Origin: Malacoraja senta
Lineage: Eukaryota
Direction: 5' to 3'
DNA length: 64,000 nucleotides
Assembly: GCA_038087875.1 (NCBI GenBank)
Contig: CM075995.1
Span: 1,738,001-1,802,000, forward strand
Part shown: piece by piece, positions 48,673-59,999 of the stretch
Numbering within the stretch: position 1 is the first letter of the stretch
How the letters are laid out: each line of letters starts with the position of its first letter
Notes under the pieces: model-generated
Seen by the model: the letters and a program-made list of their open reading frames with translations, nothing else
Database searches by the model: none
Told to the model about the DNA's origin: nothing
Made by a program: the position numbers and the translations under genes

Positions 48673-49033
48673 TGCTCCCCTGGTCCCGCCCACTCTGGGA
48701 ACAAGCGCAGTCATTGGAGGCCGGCTCATGGTCTGCTGCCACCGCCGGCTGCTGATTGGCCTGTCGGGCCGTCAATCATCCCCTCTCACAGCCCCGCCCC
48801 CTCCACTGTTATAAATGCCACTGAGCTGCAACACTTGAGTATTTCACACCGCTGCAAGTCGGCGGAGGAAGACCTGCAGGCGGTACATATTATCCACAAG
48901 GCTGACCTCGCTGGGGCTTTTTTTTTTAAACCTTGTTACTTAATTCCCTCCTTTTGCAAAGGATCAGACTTGCAGGAATCGCCTGCAATTGGCATCTGCA
49001 GTAGGAGTGAGGAAATATTGCTGTCCAGTTGCA

Positions 49034-49375
49034 ATGAAGGCGGCCGTGATGTTCCGTCTCTGAAGAAGGCAGCGAGCTGCGGCGAGATGGCATTGCGCTG
49101 CCTGTCGGACCACAGCCTCAGCATCGGGCCGCTGCAAGGCGGAAGAGGACCCGCTGGACCTGCAGTACGACATGAAGGATTGCTACTCCAAGCTCAAGCA
49201 GTTGGTGCCCACCATCCCGCCGAACAAGAAGGTGAGCAAAGTGGAGATCCTGCAGCATGTCATCGACTACATCTTGGACCTGCAGCTGGCTCTGGAGACG
49301 CACCCGGCTCTGGTGAGAGCTCAGACGGCGATCGGCTGCCCCAGGACGCCGTTAACAGCCCTCAATACCGAACAG
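49034..49375 (+). pseudogene. id4: Second id4 exon 1 with two single-G indels (probable assembly or haplotype duplicate)
   Basis: Same as 53935-54276 except for a missing G near 49046 (causing a TGA at 49061) and an extra G near 49127. There is no exon 2 before the gap. Confidence 0.7.
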
Positions 49376-49472
49376 GTAAAAGCAAAACCAGCGCCGGCTA
49401 TAAACTTCACTCCTGCTCTGCATTCCTTCAAATGCAACGCTTGCCTCCCACATATATTGCTCCAAGCTCAAT

Positions 49473-49545
<73 letters not shown>

Positions 49546-50001
49546 ATATATATGTAATAGATTTGATTGTGCAGCAATCCTATATCCTATGTATGACATA
49601 TATATAATATACATATTCGATTGATTTGCTTCAGCTTTGATATATATATCTATATATCTATATATCTATATATATATATCTATCAAGCTGAAGCAAATCA
49701 ATCTAATATGTATATTATATATATGTCAGACATAGGATATGGGATTGCTACTCCAAGCACACCTATAATATATATACAATCTATATATTATAGCATTGCT
49801 ACACGCTCAAGCACATCGATCTAATATATATATATATATGATAGATTTGCTTGAGCTTGGATATATATATTTGATAGATTTGTGTTTTATATATAATTTT
49901 AGACCTATTTATGATTTTTTTTTAAATTATATGAAATACATTTTGGAAAACTAAAAGGGGAATTTATTACTGATATGTCAACTGTAGTTATTATTTACCC
50001 T

Positions 50002-50053
<52 letters not shown>

Positions 50054-50321
50054 TGTCTTTACGTTTCAGGAGATGGGGGGAATTCAGGTTCATGCCGTAC
50101 CATTGTCTATTCTCCACACCACCAGTGGCAAGTCGCGTAGGGGGTTACACGCGTGTGACACCACGGATATGTTGATGGATATTCCTGGTGAAAACGTTAA
50201 TTGCCGTCACTGCACACCGATGGCTGCATGTATTTCGCACGGTCAAGATAATTGTCACTCCTGCCGGCACTGGTCCCTCCAGAACGGTGAAAGAATCGCA
50301 CGTTAAATGATAGTAATGTCG

Positions 50322-50521
50322 NNNNNNNNNNNNNNNNNNNNNNNNNNNNNNNNNNNNNNNNNNNNNNNNNNNNNNNNNNNNNNNNNNNNNNNNNNNNNNN
50401 NNNNNNNNNNNNNNNNNNNNNNNNNNNNNNNNNNNNNNNNNNNNNNNNNNNNNNNNNNNNNNNNNNNNNNNNNNNNNNNNNNNNNNNNNNNNNNNNNNNN
50501 NNNNNNNNNNNNNNNNNNNNN
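50322..50521. other. Assembly gap (200 N)
   Basis: Run of exactly 200 N. Confidence 1.
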
Positions 50522-52680
50522 GGGGGAAAGCCGGAATGGGATACTGATTTTGGATGATTAGCTATGATCATATTGAATGGCGGTGCTGGCTCGAAGGGCC
50601 AAATGGCCTACTCCTGCATTTATTTTCTATGTTACTCTGGGCAAGAGACTCTACTCGATCTATTCCACTCAGGATTTTATACACCTGTGTAAGATCACCA
50701 CTTATCCTCCCGCGCGCTCCAAGGAATCGAGTCCCAGCCTGCTCAACCTCTCCCTCTCACTCAGCTCAGGCCCTCGTTTCCTGGAAACATCCTCGTAAAT
50801 CTTCTCTGATTGGGAGGGGGAGTGAATAAAAGGACTGCAGCTATTCTGGAAGTACAATGCGATCAATTAGCAGGAACCGTGAAAGAATTGACCACCTCTG
50901 CAGCTTGCAGTTGTCACGTCCAGGCTGACACTTCCACACTTCCTACACACCCCGACACTTACACACTTGCACTGCCCCTCGTCACACCCATTCTGGACCA
51001 AAACCGCAGTCGTCACTTTAAATCCCCCTCCCATTCCCACACTGACCTTTCTGTCCTGGGCCTCCTCCACTGTCAGAGTGAGGCCAAATGCATATTGGAG
51101 GAACAGCACCGCACATTTCGCTTGGGCAGCTTACACCCCAGCGGTATGAATTCTGATTTCTCTAACTTCAAGTAACCCTTGCTTTCCCTGTCTCTCTCTC
51201 CATCCCCATCCAGCTAGTTTCACTGTCCTTCTGATTAATTTAACTGATTGTGTACCTCCTTGTAACCTTCCCCTTAGAAACATAGAAAATAGGTGCAGGA
51301 GTAGGCCATTCGGCCCTTCGAGCCTGCACCGCCATTCAATATGATCATGGCTGATCATCCAACTCAGTATCCTGTACCTGCCTTCTCTTCATACCCCCTG
51401 ATCCCTTTAGCCACAAGGGCCACATCTAACTCCCTCTTAAATATAGCCAAAGAACTGGCCTCAACTACCTTCTGTGGCAGAGAATTCCACAGGTTCACCA
51501 CTCTCTGTGTGAATTCTAAGGGTCTCGACCCGAAACATCACCTATTCCTTTTCTCCAGAGAGGCTGTCTGACCCGCTGAGTAACTCCAACATGTTGCGTC
51601 TATCTTCGGTTTAAACCAGCATCTGCATTTCCTTCCTACACGAAACGCCACCTATTCCTTTTTCTCTCCAGAGATGCTGCCTGTCCCGCTGAGTTACTCC
51701 AGCATATTGTGTCTATCTTCGGTATAAACCAGCATCTGCAGTTCCTACTTTTACACCTGGTCCCAGGTACCAGTGTCCGACTAGTTATGTCCTGGCTGTG
51801 GCTGCACACATTTCCTACATCCAGACTAATTCAGGAGAAGGAACAAGGTTTGACATTTAAAACGAGAGCCTTTGAAATGAGGGCGACTGCAACAAAACAC
51901 ACGCGTAGGGAGCAACTGCAGGTGCTGGTTTAAAGATATCTGCAGTTCCTTCCTACACATTGAACCATTCTACATTTGCCTATCACCGTCTGCTTCGAAC
52001 TGCCGTTTTCAGATTCAGATTCAGATTCACATTTATTGTCACATGCATCATTAAAGTGCAGCGATATTTTGAGTTACCATGCAGCCATACAATTAAAAGA
52101 ACGCTAGACCTTAACATACGCATCCACCACAGTGATCACTGTGATGGAAGGCAGTAAAGTTCCTCCTTTTGTTCACCCGTGGTCGGGGGCCTTGACCCTC
52201 CGCAGTCGCCGTTACGGACGGCCCGATGTACCAGCCCTCTCGTCGGGATGACCGCAGCTCCGACGTTGGGACGGATGGAACACACATTGCGGCTTCGCCT
52301 GCCCGAATGGGCCACTTTCACACCTTAGCCCTCCATAGCTCTGTCTCCCTCTCCCCTAACTCGCAGTGTGAAGAAAGGTCGCGACCCAAAATGTCACCCA
52401 TTCAGACCCCCCTTCCCCCTCCCCCTGTCCCCCCTATCTCCCCCTCCTCCCCAATCTTTGCACATCCCCAATCCTGGTCTTTCCACTCGTCAGTTTAGTT
52501 TCATGTTTCATGTATCCTGTTGTGTTTTATGACTGTTGGCGGACCAATCTCCCTCCTGAGATAAATAAAGTTCTATCGTATTTCCTCCAGGGATGCTGCC
52601 GGACCCACTGAGTTACTCCAGCATTTTGTATCAATCTTTGGATCAGGTAGGTGCCTAAGGTGCAATCACTCTCTCTCTCC

Positions 52681-52715
<35 letters not shown>

Positions 52716-52775
52716 CCTGCCCTCTCCGCCCGCCCTTCTCTCTCTCTCTCTCTCCCTCCCTCCCTCTCTCTCTGG

Positions 52776-53571
52776 CTGACACTTACACACTTGCTACACA
52801 CCCTGACACTTCCCACACACACTACTCCAGGAATGAGTAAGTTAACATATGATGAGTGTTTGACTCCTGCACCTACTTGCCACACATCCTGACACTTACA
52901 CACTTGCTACACACCCTGACACTTGCACACTTGCACACTTACTAAACACCCTGACACTTACACACTTGTTACATATTCTAACACACACTTGCTACGCATC
53001 CTGACACTTACACATTTGCTACACACCCTGACACTTACACACTTGTTACACATCCTGACACACACTTGCTACGCATCCTAACACCTACACACTTGCTACA
53101 TACCCTGACACTTACACGCTCGTTGCACATCCTGACACACACTTGCTATGCATCCTGACACGTACACACTTGTTACACACCCTGACACTTACACACTTGT
53201 TACACACCCTGACACTTACACACTTGTTACATACCCCAACACTTACACACTTGTTACACACCCTGACACTTACACATTTGCTACACATCCCGGCACTTAC
53301 ACACTTGTTACACACCCTGACACTTACACGCTTGTTACACACCCGACACTTACACACTTGTTACACACCCTGACACTTACACATTTGCTACACACCCTGA
53401 CACTTATACATTTGTTACACACCGTGACACTTACACACTTGTTACACACCCGACACACACTTGTTACACACCCTGACACTTACACACTTGTTACACACCC
53501 TGACACTTACACACTTGTTACACACCCTGACACTTACACATTTGCTACACACCCTGACACTTACACACTTA
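52776..53571 (+). repeat. 27-bp minisatellite, copy B, abutting the id4 promoter
   Basis: Same unit as copy A but a longer array. Confidence 0.92.
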
Positions 53572-53574
53572 CTG

Positions 53575-53720
53575 CTCCCCTGGTCCCGCCCACTCTGGGA
53601 ACAAGCGCAGTCATTGGAGGCCGGCTCATGGGTCTGCTGCCACCGCCGGCTGCTGATTGGCCTGTCGGGCCGTCAATCATCCCCTCTCACAGCCCCGCCC
53701 CCTCCACTGTTATAAATGCC
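53575..53720 (+). promoter_or_regulatory. id4: id4 proximal promoter: GC boxes, two inverted CCAAT boxes, TATA box
   Basis: tcccgccc at about 53584, ATTGG at 53613 and 53656, ccccgcccc at 53693, TATAAA at 53711-53716 (about 220 bp before the ATG). Duplicated at about 48675-48820. Confidence 0.8.
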
Positions 53721-53934
53721 ACTGAGCTGCAACACTTGAGTATTTCACACCGCTGCAAGTCGGCGGAGGAAGACCTGCAGGCGGTACATATTATCCACAA
53801 GGCTGACCTCGCTGGGGCTTTTTTTTTTAAACCTTGTTACTTAATTCCCTCCTTTTGCAAAGGATCAGACTTGCAGGAATCGCCTGCAATTGGCATCTGC
53901 AGTAGGAGTGAGGAAATATTGCTGTCCAGTTGCA

Positions 53935-54276
53935 ATGAAGGCGGCCGGTGATGTTCCGTCTCTGAAGAAGGCAGCGAGCTGCGGCGAGATGGCATTGCGC
54001 TGCCTGTCGGACCACAGCCTCAGCATCGGCCGCTGCAAGGCGGAAGAGGACCCGCTGGACCTGCAGTACGACATGAAGGATTGCTACTCCAAGCTCAAGC
54101 AGTTGGTGCCCACCATCCCGCCGAACAAGAAGGTGAGCAAAGTGGAGATCCTGCAGCATGTCATCGACTACATCTTGGACCTGCAGCTGGCTCTGGAGAC
54201 GCACCCGGCTCTGGTGAGAGCTCAGACGGCGATCGGCTGCCCCAGGACGCCGTTAACAGCCCTCAATACCGAACAG
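53935..54276 (+). CDS. id4: Inhibitor of DNA binding 4 (HLH protein), coding exon 1
   Basis: MKA...EMALRCL...[48 protein letters not shown]...[10 protein letters not shown] closely matches vertebrate ID4. Phase-0 donor CAG|GTAAA. Confidence 0.93.
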
Positions 54277-54373
54277 GTAAAAGCAAAAACCAGCGCCGGC
54301 TATAAACTTCACTCCTGCTCTGCATTCCTTCAAATGCAACGCTTGCCTCCCACATTATTGCTCCAAGCTCAAT

Positions 54374-54441
<68 letters not shown>

Positions 54442-54460
54442 GTAATAGATTTGATTGTGC

Positions 54461-54638
54461 AGCAATCCTATATCCTATGTATGACATATATATAATATAC
54501 ATATTCGATTGATTTGCTTCAGCTTTGATATATATATCTATATATCTATATATCTATATATATATATCTATCAAAGCTGAAGCAAATCAATCTAATATGT
54601 ATATTATATATATGTCAGACATAGGATATGGGATTGCT
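54461..54638. repeat. 70-bp-arm inverted repeat in id4 intron 1
   Basis: 54461-54530 pairs with 54569-54638 with about 3 mismatches, around a TA-rich loop. Confidence 0.85.
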
Positions 54639-54889
54639 ACTCCAAGCACACCTATAATATATATACAATCTATATATTATAGCATTGCTACACGCTCAAG
54701 CACATCGATCTAATATATATATATATATGATAGATTTGCTTGAGCTTGGATATATATATTTGATAGATTTGTGTTTTATATATATTTTAGACCTATTTAT
54801 GATTTTTTTTTAAATTATATGAAATACATTTTGGAAAACTAAAAGGGGAATTTATTACTGATATGTCAACTGTAGTTATTATTTACCCT

Positions 54890-54941
<52 letters not shown>

Positions 54942-55745
54942 TGTCTTTACGTTTCAGGAGATGGGGGGAATTCAGGTTCATGGCCGTACCATTGTCTATT
55001 CTCCACACCACCAGTGGCAAGTCGCGTAGGGGGTTACACGCGTGTGACACCACGGATATGTTGATGGATATTCCTGGTGAAAACGTTAATTGCCGTCACT
55101 GCACACCGATGGCTGCATGTATTTCGCACGGTCAAGATAATTGTCACTCCTGCCGGCACTGGTCCCTCCAGAACGGTGAAAGAATCGCACGTTAAATGAT
55201 AGTAATGTCGTTTCATTCTGGACATTCACGGAAGTGAACACTGGCCCTTGTTGGTTACACACTGGGGGATATCTCCGTTTACTGCGGGCATGTCATAAGG
55301 CGGTTTCCCCAACCCCCCTCCCCTTCCCCTCTCTCTCTTTCTCTGGATTCACCTAAATGTGATTTCGGTGACCACGACACAGAGACAACAGGCGCGTTTA
55401 GGGCTTTTAGTCAAAAAGTACACGAGAGGGGTGGGTGTGCAGAGCGATGGGATTGTCCCGCTTATGTGGAGGTGGTGGTGGTGCCTTTTTGAGGGTTATT
55501 TAATTATCCCAACTCTGGGTTCTACGGCCACGAAAAAACAAGGTTGGTTATTGAGAGGTTGGCGGATTGGTGGGGGGGGGGGGGCATGTTTACAAGATAA
55601 CATTAGGTTAGAACAAGGACGATAAGCTTCTTCAACCGATGGCTTAAAAAAAAGTGTTTCTCTCGACCCCCTCCCCTTCGCCTGTCAGTGCGTGGATATA
55701 TTTTTTTCCTTAACGCGTTTTTCTCTTTGTGTGTGTGTGTTACAG

Positions 55746-55793
55746 AGTGGGTCTAAAGTCAGAAGACAGGAGGACAGTATTTTATGCCGCTGA
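55746..55793 (+). CDS. id4: id4 coding exon 2 (SGSKVRRQEDSILCR-stop)
   Basis: Polypyrimidine/GT tract and ttacag acceptor. The DSILCR terminus is characteristic of ID4. The exon runs on to the donor GAG|GTGAG at 55810. Confidence 0.92.
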   Translation, partial: SGSKVRRQEDSILCR

Positions 55794-56050
55794 TGCGACG
55801 CTGTGGGAGGTGAGCATCTTGCAATGTCTCTCCGTTCAACATTCACTTTCGGTTTTAAAAAAATAGCGAGGGGGGTGGCGACCGTCCAGTGTTAGAAGTA
55901 AACGTCGCCGCTGCTTGAGATTGTCTTTGCAGTCGAAGCAGTGTGCAGTCCATCCGCCTGCGTTTGAAGTTGGTGCTGGTGGGAGCGGGGCTGCTGTTTG
56001 ACCCTGGTTTGTTCTGGGCTACTGATCATGCATGTCTTGTGTTCTGTCGA

Positions 56051-56067
56051 TGGCGCCAGTCAGTCTG
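56051..56067 (+). promoter_or_regulatory. BMP-responsive element TGGCGCC-N5-GTCTG in id4 intron 2
   Basis: Sequence tggcgcc agtca gtctg has the exact 5-bp spacing between the Smad1/5 and Smad4 half-sites. Confidence 0.75.
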
Positions 56068-56128
56068 TGCTGTTTTTCACACTTTTCTCTATTTTCCCCT
56101 CTCTCTCCCTATTCATTTTATTTTACAG

Positions 56129-56146
56129 GTGCGCCTGGCGAATCTG

Positions 56147-56212
<66 letters not shown>

Positions 56213-57040
56213 GGAGAAGAGAAAGAAAACAGAACAAAAACCAACCCTAGCGTTCAACGCCTGAACCCTGCCCAGCGATTCCATCCTGAGAGAAAGGGCT
56301 CATGCCAAAATCATTTCTCATCTCTTATGCTGCTCGTAGCGTTTTACCCACAGACTTTTTTTTTAAAGAAAAAAACAAAAAAAAATTAAACTCAGGCCTG
56401 TGATCTTGGGCGAAACTTGAGGGGTGGGGGAGGGAGGGAGGGAGAGGGGAGGGAGAGGGGAAGAAGACGAGAGGAGGGGTGGGTTTTTAAAACACTTCGC
56501 AGGCTGAACGACGCCTTCCTTGTTTGAAAGCAGAAGAGGCGCCCTGTGGGGAAAGAAAATCCCTTGTAAAGGAAACCAGAAAGTTTCACCGACTAAAAGA
56601 AGTGATTCCCGACGCTCTTGCTAATTCAACAGCCTCTTTCAGAAGTGCTGTCATGATCTGTTTCAAATAGACGACTGATCAGACCAAGAGGAGTTGGCGA
56701 TTGCCCATTTAAAATTGAACCTACACACACTATGTATAGTACAATACGAGGTCGGGGCAAATCTTACCTGCTGTACATAGTCAAGATGTTCTTTATTGTG
56801 TACGTGGAAATGTATATGCTTTAATAGATCATTGTAATTATAAAATATTTTTATTAAAAAAGATTTTTGTACAGTTTTTTTTACAGTTTATTTAATTCCT
56901 TCTCCCCCACCCCCACCCCCCACCACACACACTCTAATACGCGCAGACGTGAATTCTATTCAGAATGGAATTAAATTGTAGTCCAAGTTATTCGAAGAAA
57001 TTGTACCCAGAAAATAAAAAGAGGTGATTATTTAATATTG
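56129..57040 (+). other. id4: Probable non-coding id4 exon 3 (3' UTR) with a polyadenylation signal
   Basis: Acceptor ttcattttattttacag ending at 56128, transposon-free AU-rich tail, AATAAA at 57013-57018. Confidence 0.65.
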
Positions 57041-59831
57041 AAATCAGCGTGATTTAAAATAGGCAACCGCAGGGTTCAAATAATCACTAACACCGTTTCA
57101 TTTATTTCATCCTTTGCAGGTTAACTCGCGGAATACCTCGAGTGTGACCAAATGACTGGGGAAATTAAAAAAAAAAAAATCCCCAATTCCCCACTCGCAA
57201 TCAATTTCCAGCTGATTGGAAACCGTTCGTTGAAAGGCAGGTTTATAATTTTTAGCGCAGTTCAGAAAGGGTTACAAGTTACACCAGTGTGTGTTTATTA
57301 ATGTTTTTAATAATGAAACCAGTTTGGAATAATTCCGAGGCTGGGTTAATTAGCAGCAGGGCTGTGTTCAGTCCGACACACAGTTTTGCAAATGCTTTCC
57401 TTTTGAGACGACGACAATTCGGCGCACCAAATCTTAAGAGGGCGGTGACATTTGTATTTTATTTTTAAATTTCCAACCAGTTATTCTCGCAGTTAATTTA
57501 TAGAATGACAAATTAATACTTGACGGGGAGGGGGGGGGGGGGGGGGCACATTGAAATAAACAGCCCCGTTCCATCTCTGTAATACATTCCCAATTCCTGG
57601 ATATAGATTTGAGAGAGAAGAGTAACCCTGCTTCGCCCTCCGTTTAATTTGGTCACCTAATCCCCGTCTCTGAATTTGACACCACTCATCGACACCCCCC
57701 GGGTTATCTCCGACCAATAACACCAACTGGAATTTGGGAAACAGACTGAACAAGAAGAAAAACAAAAACACATTTGAAATTAATCATTTAATGACCTGAC
57801 ACGAAGAGGGTTTAGCCGCAAGGACATTGTCATTATTTATAATAGTTTTCGTGTTTATTTTGTCTGTTTTGATCTGGCGGTCGCTTAAATCCAGGCGTCC
57901 AGTGAGCGATGTTAAAGAGTTTAACGTTAAGAACAGGAACAAATACGTTCGTACCCGGAGTGTTGATCACTTAGCCTAGAATCATCAACTCCGGGAGTTC
58001 AGGATTTTTATTGATACAGGGGAAACGGGAATATACTTGCGAGTGGTTTTAATTTGGCGGTCGGATTCGAAGGCAGGACTTTTGCATGTAAATACAAACG
58101 CTGTCTATATATTAATGAGAATGCGATATTAAACGGATGGGTAAGTGTAGGAAGGAACTGCAGATGGCTGGATTACACCGAAGGTGAGACACGAAATGCT
58201 GGAGTAACTCAGCGGGTTCAGGCAGCTTCTCTGGAGAGAAGGAATGGGTGGCGTTAAATTCGGGTCGAGACCCTTCTTCAGACCGGATGGATAAGGACAA
58301 TGTAAGGAACGACGCGACATCTCAGTCTGAAGAAGGGTCTCGACCCGAAACATCACCCATTCCTTCTCTCCCGCGATGGCTGCCTGTCCCGCCGAATTAC
58401 TCCAGCACTTTGTGTCTTATCTGCCCGAAATGTCACCTATCCCCCCCCCCCCCCCAGAGATGCTGCCTGTCCCAGTGTCTAATCTGCCATATCTCAAAAG
58501 ACGTGCGGCGGCATTATTTTAATAATGATAACTACTTGTGTTGTGTCATGGAGTTTGCAATTGCTTATCTGTGTTGCGATTGTAAATTTTGAAAGGGTGT
58601 AAAATATCTTCCCGTGGCTAGAGGAGAAAGAGAGAAAAAGGGATGAAATCGGGGTCTTATAGCGAGTTACTCCAGTATTTGTGTCTATCTTCGGTGTGAA
58701 CCAGCATTTGCATGGTTCTGATAAATTGTGTTGTAGGGGGGAATTGGCATTGTCCCACTGAATAGAGGAACAGGGGAAGTAGAGACCCGACCCTAACACA
58801 AGACAGCCCCTGATCCTTCAGCACGGATCTCGTGTCCCGCTAAATGGGACTTAAACAGGATGCTTTCATTAATTACGAACGGCCTGATTGTCGGTGTGTA
58901 ACAGACTGCTTTAACAGCAGCAGCCGGAGCTCGGTGTGTGAGGCTGGACACACGAGCATTTAGCATTTAATGGAGGAATGGTTTAGAGTGGAGGAGGGGG
59001 AAATGCAGATGCTTGGGATTTAAAAAAAAAAACTGAAGGAAGACACAAAAAGTCTGAAGAAGGGTCTCAACCCGAAACGTCACCCGTTCAAGATTCAAGT
59101 GAGTTTATTGTCATGTGTCCCTGATAGGACAATGCCATTCTTGCTTTGCTTCAGCACAACAGAACATAGTAGGCACGACTCCATCTCTCCGGAGATGCTG
59201 CCTGTCCCGCTCAGTTGCTCCAGCTTTTTCTCTCTTATCTTCGGTTTAAACCACCATCTGCGGTTCCTTCATACACAATTGTTTGTGTCTATCAATGGTG
59301 TAGAGTAGTGATTTGATTAGGTTCCTGGAATCGGGCTTGTACAGCGCGAATGTGTAGGAAAAGAACTGCAGATGCTGGTTTATACACTGAAGATAGACAC
59401 AAGACGCTGGGCTAGCGGGACAGGCGGCATCTCTGGAGAGAAGGAATGGGTCGAGACCCTTCTTCGGGGCGCGAATTTAATTTGGAGACGGTTTAAGACA
59501 AAAATCAAACGTGGACGCACTTCTGTATATGATTGATGATCTTGTTAGACAACGTAGGCTTGAGTCGTGCCACACAGGTCCGGCTGTGTAGCGGATGGTA
59601 TTTTCACACACACACACACTCTGTCTTGGCTGCGTTAATCTATTGAACATTGTTTTATAATTCTGATAGTCTAGTGTGTTTACAAATGCCAGCTCCACAA
59701 GAGTCAAGAGTGTTTTATTGTCATGTGTCCCAGGTAGAACAATGACATTCTTACTTGCTGCAGCACAACACAATATGTAAACATAGTACACTGTAAACAG
59801 TATAATAAATGAGAAAACAAGGTTCAGTGTG

Positions 59832-59999
<168 letters not shown>

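Larger units (their letters stand above)
46206..50321 (+). repeat. Copy A of a roughly 4-4.7 kb direct duplication (copy B is 50522-55210)
   Basis: Collinear near-identity on either side of the N gap. Copy A stops at gatagtaatgtcg, which corresponds to 55210. Confidence 0.95.

Noticed and set aside
48128..53571. 27-bp arrays as CRISPR-like arrays or His/Thr-rich protein genes
   Set aside because: The units are directly tandem with no unique spacers, there are no cas genes, and the context is eukaryotic. The ORFs arise only because the unit lacks stop codons.
53890..53934. Upstream start of the 201-aa ORF as the id4 start
   Set aside because: It begins at TTG. The ATG at 53935 gives the MKA N-terminus typical of ID proteins.
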